Origin: Gammaproteobacteria bacterium
GTDB lineage: Bacteria > Pseudomonadota > Gammaproteobacteria > CAJXQU01
NCBI GenBank assembly: GCA_965238175.1
Contig: CBDEGZ010000003.1
Coordinates: forward strand, 1,120,001 to 1,184,000
Direction: 5' to 3'
DNA length: 64,000 nt
Shown here piece after piece: positions 43,658-53,363 of the stretch (positions within the stretch are counted from its first letter, which is position 1; each line of letters begins with the position of its first letter). Both the position numbers and the translations under genes were made by a program. The notes under the pieces are model-generated. The model was not told the origin of the DNA. It saw only the letters and a program-made list of their open reading frames with translations, and ran no database searches.

Positions 43658-44178
43658 GGGGATTTATTCCTTATCAGAAAGTTAATATTTCTTAATGTTT
43701 CGGCGATACCTTGGAGTAGTAATAAAACGAATCCGAGAATAATCATTGCTTTTAATAACCATCGGTAGGGTAAGCCGCCCGGATCAGGGGAGGTTTCGTT
43801 CAGCAAAAATGAATTCTCAATAAAAGACCAAGAATTTAAGATGATTAGTAAACAGAATGGGATGAGGAAAAATAACCCGCCGAAAATATTGATCCAGGCT
43901 CTGTGACGATCATTTAAACGTTTACTTTTGTAGATTAGATCAACTCGAACATGTTCGTCATGCTTGAGGGCATAGGCTGCACCTAGCAAAAAAACAACTG
44001 CAAACAAGTGCCATTCAAGTTCCTGAAGTGCCACTGATCCGCTATGAAATAAGTAACGCATGGTAACGTCGTAGCTGATCAAAAATACCATAAACAAAAT
44101 CAGCCATGCTGTGAACTTTCCAAAAGCCTCACTCAGCAAATCAATGTTTTTTACAATGAGTTTTAAAAAGTTTGTCAA
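43654..44178 (-). CDS. TRAP transporter small permease DctQ
   Basis: ALQELEWHLF, HVRVD and SPDPGGLP motifs. Confidence 0.9.
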   Translation of the reverse strand: MTNFLKLIVKNIDLLSEAFGKFTAWLILFMVFLISYDVTMRYLFHSGSVALQELEWHLFAVVFLLGAAYALKHDEHVRVDLIYKSKRLNDRHRAWINIFGGLFFLIPFCLLIILNSWSFIENSFLLNETSPDPGGLPYRWLLKAMIILGFVLLLLQGIAETLRNINFLIRNKSP

Positions 44179-44217
44179 GTGATTTATTTGCCTATTTTTA
44201 TAAAAATAATTATTGAC

Positions 44218-44462
44218 TTATTCACAAAGCACAATTGTAGGTCGTATGTAACATACTTGCCGAATATTTTGATTGTTATAAATGAAGAAAGTAATTTAAG
44301 TTATTGTAATATATATAATAATACAAGATGTCTGTTTTTTGTTCGATTTAATCAAAGTGCAACAATCATAAGGCTTCTTAGGCTTTAACCGCACTTTACT
44401 AACAGAGTTATCCACAGATTCTGTTAGTAAAATTTTTATCCGTTTCAAGTCAATGAGTTAGC
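44218..44462. promoter_or_regulatory. DnaA-box/IHF module 2 (DARS-like)
   Basis: TTATTCACA 44218; TAAGTTATTGTAA 44297; triad TTACTAACA-3bp-TTATCCACA-5bp-TGTTAGTAA 44396-44430. Confidence 0.6.
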
Positions 44463-44510
44463 TAAACAAGCTGTTTATCTTTACACATTTCGGTGTCTAA
44501 TAGAACCTGT

Positions 44511-45305
44511 TTACGGTTGTTTCTGGTGTAAATAATTTGACAGATCTACGAAATATTTTAGCGATATCGTCTCAGATCTGACACTGCCTGAAAGCCCTAA
44601 AAATTCGAAATCTTTGTCATCTGCAAAATCTTTTAGAACATTGCGTAAGGTTTTTCTCCGTTGGCTAAATGCTTGTTTGATGAGTTGCTCAAAGAACGCT
44701 TTATTTTCTAGCGGTAAAGGAGATTTTTTGGGTATCAATCGTATAATTGATGACATTACTTTGGGTGGTGGGTCAAACGCATCTGGTGGTACATCAAACA
44801 AATATTCGGTATCACAATGATATTGCAGCATGACAGAAAGTCGCCCATATTGACGTGAGCCTGCTTCTGCAGTCATTCTATCGGCGACTTCTTTTTGGAG
44901 CATGAACGTCATATCTGAGATGACATCAGCTTCTTCTAACACATGGAAGATCAGTGGCGTTGAGATATTGTAGGGAAGGTTCCCAACCAGGCGGATCTTC
45001 TTATCATTGTCGATTAATGACCGAAATGAAAAATTAAGTACGTCGATTTCGTGAACGCGTAGTTTATCTTGATCATAGTTGCGGCGAAGGTTTTCTGCGA
45101 GGTCACGATCCAGCTCCACCACATCAAGTTGATTAAGTTGGGAAAGCAGTGGCCGAGTTAATACACCTGTTCCGGGGCCTATCTCAACTATTTGCTCATC
45201 TTTTTGTGGAGCAATAGCTGAAATTATCTGGTCGATAATAAATTGATCAATCAGGAAATGCTGCCCAAATCTTTTGCGAGGACGGTGTTTTCTCTTCTCA
45301 CTCAT
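44511..45305 (-). CDS. rsmA: 16S rRNA dimethyladenosine transferase
   Basis: RKRFGQHFL, EIGPG, GNLPYNIS and QRRKTL motifs. Confidence 0.95.
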   Translation of the reverse strand: MSEKRKHRPRKRFGQHFLIDQFIIDQIISAIAPQKDEQIVEIGPGTGVLTRPLLSQLNQLDVVELDRDLAENLRRNYDQDKLRVHEIDVLNFSFRSLIDNDKKIRLVGNLPYNISTPLIFHVLEEADVISDMTFMLQKEVADRMTAEAGSRQYGRLSVMLQYHCDTEYLFDVPPDAFDPPPKVMSSIIRLIPKKSPLPLENKAFFEQLIKQAFSQRRKTLRNVLKDFADDKDFEFLGLSGSVRSETISLKYFVDLSNYLHQKQP

Positions 45306-45326
45306 AAAGATTTCTACGGCTTATCT

Positions 45327-46325
45327 TTATTTTACTACGGGAGAGGCCATTTCTATAGCCAGCTCGATGGCTGCACATAAGCTACCTTTATTTATACAGC
45401 CAGTCCCTGCAAGATCTAAGGCGGTGCCATGGTCAACTGAGGTGCGGATAATCGGAAGCCCTAGGGTAACGTTTACTGCATCTCCAAAGCCGTGATGTTT
45501 GAGCACAGGTAGGCCTTGATCATGATACATGGCTAATACGACATCAGCTTGTTCAAGTTGTTGAGGGGTAAAGGCCGTGTCTGCTGGTAGTGGGCCATGA
45601 ACGTTGATTCCTTCAGCGGTTAGTTTTTCAAGTGCGGGTATGATTGACTCTATTTCTTCCATGCCCAGATGACCACCTTCGCCAGCATGAGGGTTGAGAC
45701 CACAAACGGAAATTCTAGGGTTTTCAAGTTTAAATTTTGCTCTCAAATCGTGATCAATTATTCGTGTTACGTCTATGATCAGCTGCTCATTTATCATTGC
45801 AGGGATTGCTGACAATGGTGCATGTGTTGTCACCAAAGCAACGCGAAGCTGAGGCGTCGTTAGCATCATCACCGGATGATCGCCGCCGGATTTTTCTGCT
45901 AAATACTCAGTGTGTCCAGTGAAAGATAAACCTGAGTCGTTAATAACACCTTTATGTAGTGGTGCAGTGACCATTGCGTCAAATAATCCGTTCATACAGC
46001 CATGGCAGGCGCTATCGAGTGTACTCATCACATATTGCGAATTAGTTTTATCAAGCTGGCCAGAAATGACAGGATTGAAAACAGGTAATGGTAAAACTTT
46101 CAGGCTGCCTTTTTGATGAATATCATTGTGAGATGGATTAAATAGATCGATGGTTATAGCTTGTTTTATTTGTGCGGCTCGTTGTTGAAGGATGCTGGGA
46201 TCACCAATAACGATGAGTTCTGCATCAAATGATTTTTGGGCGATCAAAATGCATAGATCTGGGCCAATACCTGCAGGTTCACCGGAGGTGATCGCAATGC
46301 GGACTGGGTTAGAGGATGCATTCAA
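45327..46325 (-). CDS. pdxA: 4-hydroxythreonine-4-phosphate dehydrogenase
   Basis: GEPAGIGPD, NPHAGE, MYHDQGL and RTSVDHGTA motifs. Confidence 0.95.
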   Translation of the reverse strand: MNASSNPVRIAITSGEPAGIGPDLCILIAQKSFDAELIVIGDPSILQQRAAQIKQAITIDLFNPSHNDIHQKGSLKVLPLPVFNPVISGQLDKTNSQYVMSTLDSACHGCMNGLFDAMVTAPLHKGVINDSGLSFTGHTEYLAEKSGGDHPVMMLTTPQLRVALVTTHAPLSAIPAMINEQLIIDVTRIIDHDLRAKFKLENPRISVCGLNPHAGEGGHLGMEEIESIIPALEKLTAEGINVHGPLPADTAFTPQQLEQADVVLAMYHDQGLPVLKHHGFGDAVNVTLGLPIIRTSVDHGTALDLAGTGCINKGSLCAAIELAIEMASPVVK

Positions 46326-46345
46326 ATTAGATGTGACTTCTTAGA

Positions 46346-47641
46346 CTATAGACGGTATTCAACGTAGGCTTCGTCTCTTAGACGAATAAGCCAGGACTGA
46401 CGATCCTCCTCAATCTTACGCTTTTTAACCGCTGCTCTGGCTTTGGCAATTGTGAGTTCTTCAGTTCCATCGTATTGACGATGTTCCAGCACCTGAACTA
46501 TATGCCACCCAAACTGACTTTTAAACGGAGCACTGATCTCACCATCAGAGAGTGCATCCATCTCTTTCTCAAATACGGGTACCATTGTCCCGGGGCTTGT
46601 CCATCCGAGATCACCGCCTTCAACTGCGGAAGCATTGTCATCAGAGTTTGAGCGTGCCAACTCAGCAAAATCGGAACCACCTTCAATACGTTCTTTAAGT
46701 AGTTCAAGTCGTGCTTCAGCATCTTCATCAGAAGTAAGCTCATTAGTGCGGATAAGAATATGGCGAGCACGTGTTTGAGGAATAATTTGTACATCGGATG
46801 AACGTTTATCTACTAGCTTGAAAATATGAAAACCACTATTGTTTTTGATCAAGCTGCTGACTTCCCCCTTGTTCATAGTGGCCAGTTCAGAGCTAAATAA
46901 AGAGGGAACTTGATCCGCTTCCATCCAGCCTAAATTACCGCCTCCAGTAGCATTACCTGCATCTGAAATTTCAGTCGCTATCTTAGAAAAATCCGAATCA
47001 CTATTACATTGATCAAGCACGTCTTCTGCTTTAGCTTCTAATTCTTTTTTCTGCTCCTCATCTGCATCTTCTGGCACGGCGATTAAAATATGTTGTAGCT
47101 CATATTCTTCGGCATTGTTGCCCTGTTGAGTTTGTGTTGCAAGAAAATTTTTTACTTCTCGTTCAGAAACAAAGACACGATTATCAACTTGTTTTTGGCG
47201 TATGCGTGTTAACGTTATTTCCTCGCGAATATCCTCACGGAACTGGTTAAAGCTAAAGCCTTCGCTTTCGAGAGCTGCACGAAAATCATCAAGTGACATG
47301 TTGTTTTGGTTTGCCATGTTACTGATTGCGCGGTTGAGCATGCTGTCGTCTACTTTAATACCAGAGCGTTTTGCGGATTGCAGCTGTATGCTATTCATGA
47401 TCAATCTTTCTAGAACTTGTTTTTCCAGATCTGCCGAGGGAGGAAGTTGTGTTCCACGTTGAGCTGTTTCTCTTCGTACACGTGCCATTCGACGTTCTAA
47501 CTCACTGGCCATAATTACATCATTGTCGACGATAGCAATGATGGTATCTAGTGTTTCGGTGTTTGCAGGGCTAAGAGGTAATATTGTGCCAGTGATCACG
47601 AGTACAGAAAATATAGTTTTGATCTTTGAGTAAGTAGTCAT
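46346..47641 (-). CDS. surA: Periplasmic chaperone/PPIase SurA
   Basis: Two parvulin domains (HILI...GGNLGW and GGDLGW); lptD-surA-pdxA-rsmA synteny. Confidence 0.93.
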   Translation of the reverse strand: MTTYSKIKTIFSVLVITGTILPLSPANTETLDTIIAIVDNDVIMASELERRMARVRRETAQRGTQLPPSADLEKQVLERLIMNSIQLQSAKRSGIKVDDSMLNRAISNMANQNNMSLDDFRAALESEGFSFNQFREDIREEITLTRIRQKQVDNRVFVSEREVKNFLATQTQQGNNAEEYELQHILIAVPEDADEEQKKELEAKAEDVLDQCNSDSDFSKIATEISDAGNATGGGNLGWMEADQVPSLFSSELATMNKGEVSSLIKNNSGFHIFKLVDKRSSDVQIIPQTRARHILIRTNELTSDEDAEARLELLKERIEGGSDFAELARSNSDDNASAVEGGDLGWTSPGTMVPVFEKEMDALSDGEISAPFKSQFGWHIVQVLEHRQYDGTEELTIAKARAAVKKRKIEEDRQSWLIRLRDEAYVEYRL

Positions 47642-47649
47642 AAAAATTA

Positions 47650-49914
47650 TTAGAATTCGTAGTGATAACCTGGAATGTTACGTTGTAAAAAGTCTCTTGT
47701 TTTACGGCCAAATCCTGCGAGTCCTTTCATTTCAAATTGCAAGAAAATAGCATTATCGAATTCACCTTCTGTATTTCTTAGATAATGTCTCCCGACCAGT
47801 CTTGTTGCCCAGCAACAGCTATTGTATTCAACACCAAACAAGCTATCTATTGTTTGATTGTTTTGTAGCGAATAGTTCCAACGTCCAACAATACTCCAGT
47901 TTGCATTTATTGGTGTATGCATTGAGAAATCAACTTGTTCTATATCAACAATATCTCGACGCATTCTATAAGCTGCATTGTAAACGGTGTTTTTATCAGG
48001 ACGATAGCGTAAGTTTAGTGACGCTAGTTCGGTCCGATTTTCATGTGGGTCAAACTGTAAATCGTAACGAGTTGTCCAATGATCGCTTAACTGCAAAGAG
48101 GCTTGTGCCACAATATCTGAAGAGTCTTCAGTTTCGATCACACTACCAGGCAAAGTAACATCACGATCTCTAAAGTACTGTATCTGACCAAGACTAAAGC
48201 TCATTCGTTCCTTGCCAGAATTTTTATCAATCAGCCGCGTTGTGACTGCAAGTGTTAGCTGATTCGCATCACCGATACGATCAGCCGCATTAAATCGGTC
48301 ATCTCTGAACAGTTGTGCGTAGGATGTGTCATATTCGCCAGTATCAAATATGGGAATATCGTCCTGGCTTGATTTAGGAATATAAAGATAAAAGACCCGA
48401 GGTTCTATTGTGTGTAAAAATTGTGTTGAGCCCAAATTCAAATCACCTTCGAAAAATAAACCCGCATCCAAGCTAAAAATAGGCAGTGTTCGGTCAGGGG
48501 ATTCATCGTTGATCCCATCGTTACGATCAAGGAAGTATTGTGTGTGACGTAATTTTAATTTTGGAACGATAAATGAACTAACATTACGAATGGGATAGCT
48601 AATTTCAGGTGCGAAATCGACTCTGCCACCGGTTGTACTGTCATCTCGATCAAAATAAACGGCTTCGCCGAATATCTGATAATTCAGTTTTTTATTGCCT
48701 TGTGGAAAATGAGTCTGGAAATAAAATTGTGGTAATCGATCATAGGGTTGCTGCGATGAAAGCAAACTTCTATCGACCGATTGGTAACTTTGCACTCTAC
48801 TTAACAGGCTCCACCAACCACCGTTCCATTGAAAGTCAGCACGACGATCGAGTAATCGCTGACTGGTGATATCAATACTGGTGCTTAAATCCTCAAAATA
48901 TTCTCTATCTGACACCTGATTAAAATCGATTAATAAATGGCCACGATTGCCAGCAAACAATTGTTCAACCTGGGTATTAAATAGATAACGATCATCGTCT
49001 TGAAAAAGATTATCAGAGGGGAGGTACTCCAGATCAAATTGACCCTTGCCGGTTGGTTTCAGATAACGATATTGAGCTCCTAGCATAAATCCTCGATCAC
49101 CGAGTATTCTTGGGGTGATAGTGGCGTCACTATCGGGAGCAATATTCCAGTAGTAAGGCGTTCGAATATCGAAACCGGAATCCTTGGTTGAGCCTATCGT
49201 CATGGGCAGAAAACCCGACGTACGTTCTTCTGTGAGTGAAAAGCTTATATAGGGAATATAAAGGACAGGCACTTCTTTTATTTTCAAGATGGTATGTAGA
49301 GCACGACCTTTGTTTGCATCGTGATCAAGTTTGAGGTTTTTTGCTTTGAGTCGCCATGGAGCCTCATCATCCGGCCCACCGGGGCAGGTGGTGTATTCGA
49401 CATCTTCGAGACGCGTTACTTGCTGTGCTGATCTATCCGTTAATTTTTTTGCTTTGCCATGGCCGCGTTTATCAAGGAGTCGATAATCGCCTTTTTTAAA
49501 ACGAGACACATTTTGTTCACGATCAATGGTTGCTTCTTCACCATGCCAGTAAATTCCATCAGTCCAGAATTTAACATTACCTTGTGCATCTAATTTAGTT
49601 TTTGAATCATCAAAGATCGCACGTTGAGCATGGACAGTATTTTCGTTGTGTTTAATTTCGACGTTGCCAGAAAGGGTTGTAACGCCTTCTTCTACTTCCA
49701 TTGTATTGGCATCGATTGAAGTACTGTTTTTTTCGAAGAGTTCGTCAGAGCGTTCTAAAATCCATTCTGAGCCAGCGGGATCTTCGCTACAGAGTTTCCA
49801 TAGCTCACTATCAGGAACATCTTCAGCTGCATGAAGAGCATTCGAAAATAATGCAAAAAGAATGAGGTAGAATGTAATTAATATTTTCAAGACGTTGGTA
49901 GGCTGTGCCGTCAC
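47650..49914 (-). CDS. lptD: LPS assembly outer-membrane protein LptD
   Basis: YTTCP, PYYWNIAP, DRIGDANQ and EYNSCCW motifs. Confidence 0.93.
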   Translation of the reverse strand: MTAQPTNVLKILITFYLILFALFSNALHAAEDVPDSELWKLCSEDPAGSEWILERSDELFEKNSTSIDANTMEVEEGVTTLSGNVEIKHNENTVHAQRAIFDDSKTKLDAQGNVKFWTDGIYWHGEEATIDREQNVSRFKKGDYRLLDKRGHGKAKKLTDRSAQQVTRLEDVEYTTCPGGPDDEAPWRLKAKNLKLDHDANKGRALHTILKIKEVPVLYIPYISFSLTEERTSGFLPMTIGSTKDSGFDIRTPYYWNIAPDSDATITPRILGDRGFMLGAQYRYLKPTGKGQFDLEYLPSDNLFQDDDRYLFNTQVEQLFAGNRGHLLIDFNQVSDREYFEDLSTSIDITSQRLLDRRADFQWNGGWWSLLSRVQSYQSVDRSLLSSQQPYDRLPQFYFQTHFPQGNKKLNYQIFGEAVYFDRDDSTTGGRVDFAPEISYPIRNVSSFIVPKLKLRHTQYFLDRNDGINDESPDRTLPIFSLDAGLFFEGDLNLGSTQFLHTIEPRVFYLYIPKSSQDDIPIFDTGEYDTSYAQLFRDDRFNAADRIGDANQLTLAVTTRLIDKNSGKERMSFSLGQIQYFRDRDVTLPGSVIETEDSSDIVAQASLQLSDHWTTRYDLQFDPHENRTELASLNLRYRPDKNTVYNAAYRMRRDIVDIEQVDFSMHTPINANWSIVGRWNYSLQNNQTIDSLFGVEYNSCCWATRLVGRHYLRNTEGEFDNAIFLQFEMKGLAGFGRKTRDFLQRNIPGYHYEF

Positions 49915-50009
49915 TTATTAGTTGTTAATTTATATATTCTACCTTGTGAGCTGTCGACTATAAAGCGCACTCTGATAATAATTGGGATAATGACAGTGAA
50001 CCAATCATG

Positions 50010-50620
50010 TAAGACATTCTTAGCTTTTGTAATTCTTATTTCTTTGTTAGGAGGTACTTGGTGATTGAATAAAAATCAGCCCGAGAAATAGGTTGAATTA
50101 CAACAGATATTGTCGATTTTGGTTGAGGTGACTAAGGTCACTAAAGAGGATGTACAGCTTAGTAGCAAGGTAACGGGTGTTTAGTATTTGCACAACGTGC
50201 AAAATTACATTGTGAAATTTCTGAACAGGTGTTAAAGCGCAATGTAGAACTAGGTTAGTAAGGTAACATTAAACGATCAACCAATCCGTATTAATGTAGG
50301 TGAGTATGAAGATGTGCTTAGCGAAATGCAGATCAAAATATGATCAATAAAAAGTGGTAATTTGGAAGAGATCAAAAATTATTTGATATCGTCGAGTGAC
50401 AAATCACATTATTCCAACACGAAGTAAATTGGTAATGAAAGAGTTTAAGAAATAATCCTTAGTTTCGCAGTCAAAAATCGACGAAACTCATCGTCAATCA
50501 CGGTGCGATCAAAAATTACGTTTTATGGGATGAGTCGATCGTATTTGTATGATCTGGCTGATGAGACAAAGCGACAGCTAATGCAAATTCCGGGTGTTGT
50601 TGGTGGTAGAGAGGTTGGGA
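50010..50620 (+). pseudogene. Heavily eroded gene remnants, possibly an RND efflux adaptor plus transporter
   Basis: Stop-interrupted reading FLAFVILISLLGGTW*LNKNQP...ILVEVTKVTKEDVQLSSKVTG, and LYDLADETKRQLMQIPGV. Confidence 0.35.
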
Positions 50621-50813
50621 GTTATGGTTTGAAGTTGATCCACACCTGGTCTTTATCTGAGCCTTTAGACATACAAAACAGGCCATTTTTTATAAAAGCA
50701 AAAGTATTAGTCACAATTTAACTTAACCTGATGTGATGGTCTCCTCCCCCTAACGGCATCTAGGTGCCATGATTGAACTGACATACACACAATCAAAAGA
50801 GGAGAAGACCAAA

Positions 50814-51827
50814 ATGAAGACTACAACAATCGGGTTAGACATAGCAAAAAACGTATTTCATGCTGTCTGCTGTAATCAACAAGGGCGTATAATCAAAAAG
50901 AAAATGTTAAAGCGAGCGCAGGTACTCTCCTTTTTTCAATCTCAACCTCCTTGTTTAGTCGCAATAGAATCTTGTGCAACGTCACAGTATTGGGCCCGAG
51001 CGATACAACAACAGGGACATCAGGTGAAATTACTACCACCTCAGCATGTTAACGCATTTCTAATCGGCAATAAGAATGATTATAACGATGCCTTGGCCAT
51101 CGCCGTTGCTGCGAAACAACCTCATTTAAAAAGTGTGGGCATTAAATCAGTTGAGCAACAAGACAACCAGGCACAACATAAAGCAAGAGACTTAGCGGTC
51201 AGACAAAGAACCGCATTATGTAACCAAATGAGAGCGCTTGTTGCAGAATATGGCATTAGCCTTCGTCCCGGCCTAAATACCCTACGTCAATCTATCCCGT
51301 TGCTATTAAGTGATGAGAACGAACGGTTGTCCGTTACTTTCAAAAGGATACTGCGCCAGCTAAAGGAACAATGGCAATCACTTGATGCCTGTATTGCGAC
51401 ATTTGACCAATTGATCATTCAATCGGCAAAAAACAATGCGATTTGCCAACGCTTACAAACTATTCCAGGGTTTGGGCCGATGGTCTCGAGCGCGTATTTT
51501 AATGAAGTGGGAAACGGCGCTCATTATCACAAAGGGCGCGATGTGTCCGCCTCATTAGGACTTGTTCCACGACAGTACAGTAGTGGTGGTAAAGAGGTGC
51601 TACTGGGGATCAGTAAACGCGGCAATAAATACCTTCGTTGTTTGTTAATTCTAGGCGCGAAGGCCGTGGTATCAAGAGCCAAAACGAAAGGCGATAAACT
51701 GAGTCAATGGATTAATCGTTTAGTTGAGACGCGGGGGCATAATCGAGCGTGTGTGGCGTATGCCAACAAAATGGCAAGAATGGCCTGGGCTATAACGGTT
51801 TCTGGTGATGACTACTCACCGGCCTAA
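50814..51827 (+). CDS. IS1111-type DEDD recombinase/transposase
   Basis: IGLDIAK, AIESCA, KNDYND and YSSGG; GAGGAG RBS favours a start at 50814. Confidence 0.95.
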   Translation: MKTTTIGLDIAKNVFHAVCCNQQGRIIKKKMLKRAQVLSFFQSQPPCLVAIESCATSQYWARAIQQQGHQVKLLPPQHVNAFLIGNKNDYNDALAIAVAAKQPHLKSVGIKSVEQQDNQAQHKARDLAVRQRTALCNQMRALVAEYGISLRPGLNTLRQSIPLLLSDENERLSVTFKRILRQLKEQWQSLDACIATFDQLIIQSAKNNAICQRLQTIPGFGPMVSSAYFNEVGNGAHYHKGRDVSASLGLVPRQYSSGGKEVLLGISKRGNKYLRCLLILGAKAVVSRAKTKGDKLSQWINRLVETRGHNRACVAYANKMARMAWAITVSGDDYSPA

Positions 51828-52057
51828 ATAGAGAGAACAAATCATTTCAACGAATTGCGAAGGTAAAACTAAAGATGGCATAACAGGTCAAACCAGCCTA
51901 TTGAAAACCTGTCGAGCTCAGGGGTAACTAATACCGATAACCTGATAAGGAAAATAGGCGCGTAATACATCCAGGTCAGAAGTTGAAAACTTCATTGAAG
52001 GCCGTATATATGACAGCAATCCTGTCCCTGTTATCTGAATGTTTTATCTTGCAATAC
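51828..52057 (+). ncRNA. Predicted seekRNA/bridge RNA region of IS1111 copy 1; exact ends unknown
   Basis: Stem GCCTATT/AATAGGC encloses target-matching GAGCTCA and TAACCTGA; donor-matching ACATC and ATATATGA follow. Confidence 0.8.
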
Positions 52058-52083
52058 GGGAGGAGACCATATATGAGATCGGT

Positions 52084-52983
52084 TTAAGCCACGGTTGCTA
52101 ATGCCCGTTTTAAGTAATTAAATTCATCGCCAGACAAGTTCAAAGACGGCTTATTCTCTTTCAGACAATAAGCGATCAATCCACCGATAAGATTAAGCAT
52201 AAAACCATGTACAGAGCGGTGTCTGGAATGTTCTATCTGAGTAATGTTCTTCAACTGGTCATTAATGGTTTCAATAATAAAACGTCTGCTCAGCATGGCT
52301 CTGTCCCAGAGCGATGTAGCTTTTGCCTTCATGTTTTTTCGAACATTTGTCACCAACTCCACGCCTTTATCAAACAATTCGCTCGATAAGGCTTGGCTGA
52401 TATAGCCCTTATCCCCGTAAAGTTTGCCACTCATCGCCTTGCACAGCTCGGGAACAGGCTGACGGTCATCGATATTTCCCGGGGTGATTTTGGCTGCCAG
52501 GATATCCCCCTGATGATTGGTGATAAGGTGTAACTTGAAACCATAAAACCAACCCATTGTGCCTCGACCTCGCTGGGCGATGTCTTTGAAAACACGGTGG
52601 CGTGGAATACGGAGGTTGTGGCACACTTTTAAGGCGGTTGAATCAACAAACGCAACACCTGTGGGTTTCCCTTTAAGATAAGAAAAGTAGCTACATAAAG
52701 GAACGAGCACTGTCGGCATCACCTCCAGAAACCGCGTGTAGCTTAGCATCTGTGGAAAATCCTCGGCATAGAATTGAGCGATAAACCCTTTGTAGTAGTT
52801 CTTGAAATCGCGATGGTTGGAGTGATGAAACAGGATGATGATAGTCATGATTTCGCTGGCTTGCATTCGCCCAACTCGACGGCGTTTGCGTTGCCCATCG
52901 GTCAGTAATTGTTGTTCCCACAACGGTATGAAGTGCTGACAGAAGTCATCGACATCACAAAAGATTTCAACTAGTTTATCCAT
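52084..52983 (-). CDS. IS982-family DDE transposase
   Basis: IFCDVDDFC, FVDST, GWFYGFKLH, YGDKGY and RFIIETINDQLK motifs. Confidence 0.93.
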   Translation of the reverse strand: MDKLVEIFCDVDDFCQHFIPLWEQQLLTDGQRKRRRVGRMQASEIMTIIILFHHSNHRDFKNYYKGFIAQFYAEDFPQMLSYTRFLEVMPTVLVPLCSYFSYLKGKPTGVAFVDSTALKVCHNLRIPRHRVFKDIAQRGRGTMGWFYGFKLHLITNHQGDILAAKITPGNIDDRQPVPELCKAMSGKLYGDKGYISQALSSELFDKGVELVTNVRKNMKAKATSLWDRAMLSRRFIIETINDQLKNITQIEHSRHRSVHGFMLNLIGGLIAYCLKENKPSLNLSGDEFNYLKRALATVA

Positions 52984-53106
52984 TGGCTTGTTCTCCTTTT
53001 TTTTCAATTGTTTGGTCACAATTGATCTGATCGGGGGACAAGCCGTTAGTTCATTTCCTTAAGCCGAGTTGGGGTTAACTTAATAGAAATTGATAAAATC
53101 ACAGGC

Positions 53107-53141
53107 AAAAAAAAGCCTGGCAATAAATGCCAGGCTTTTTT
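53107..53141 (-). terminator. Intrinsic terminator of the cold-shock gene
   Basis: AAAAAAGCCTGGCA-loop-TGCCAGGCTTTTTT. Confidence 0.85.
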
Positions 53142-53159
53142 ATGTAATTGAAGGAAGTT

Positions 53160-53363
53160 TTATACTTTCGTCACATTACTAGCTTGTGGACCTTTGGGAC
53201 CATCTTCAACGTCGTAAGAAACTTCGTCGCCTTCACCAAGGCTTTTGAAACCGTCGCCTTGAATTGCAGAAAAATGTACGAATACATCTGTGCTGCCATC
53301 AGCTGGTGAAATAAAGCCGAAGCCTTTTGAATCGTTGAACCATTTAACACTGCCAGTAGCCAT
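53160..53363 (-). CDS. Cold-shock protein (CspA family)
   Basis: [13 protein letters not shown] and [12 protein letters not shown] motifs. Confidence 0.96.
   Translation of the reverse strand: MATGSVKWFNDSKGFGFISPADGSTDVFVHFSAIQGDGFKSLGEGDEVSYDVEDGPKGPQASNVTKV

Larger units (their letters stand above)
50729..52073 (+). mobile_element. IS110-family, IS1111-type element, copy 1 (1345 bp)
   Basis: Subterminal 13-bp IRs ATGGTCTCCTCCC (50736) and GGGAGGAGACCAT (52058-52070), 7 bp and 3 bp from the ends; TGA core at both junctions. Confidence 0.93.
50726..53075 (-). mobile_element. IS982-family element (1005 bp net) whose downstream IR is interrupted by the IS1111 copy
   Basis: IR ACCCCAACTCGGCTTAA (53075-53059) versus reconstituted ACC|TGAGATCGGTTTAA (12/17 identical); 7-bp duplication TAACTTA at 50719-50725 and 53076-53082. 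Confidence 0.88.

Noticed and set aside
42069-44462. Chromosomal oriC
   Set aside because: No dnaA, gidA or parAB context, no clear DUE repeats, and few boxes per module; a DARS/datA-like reading fits better.
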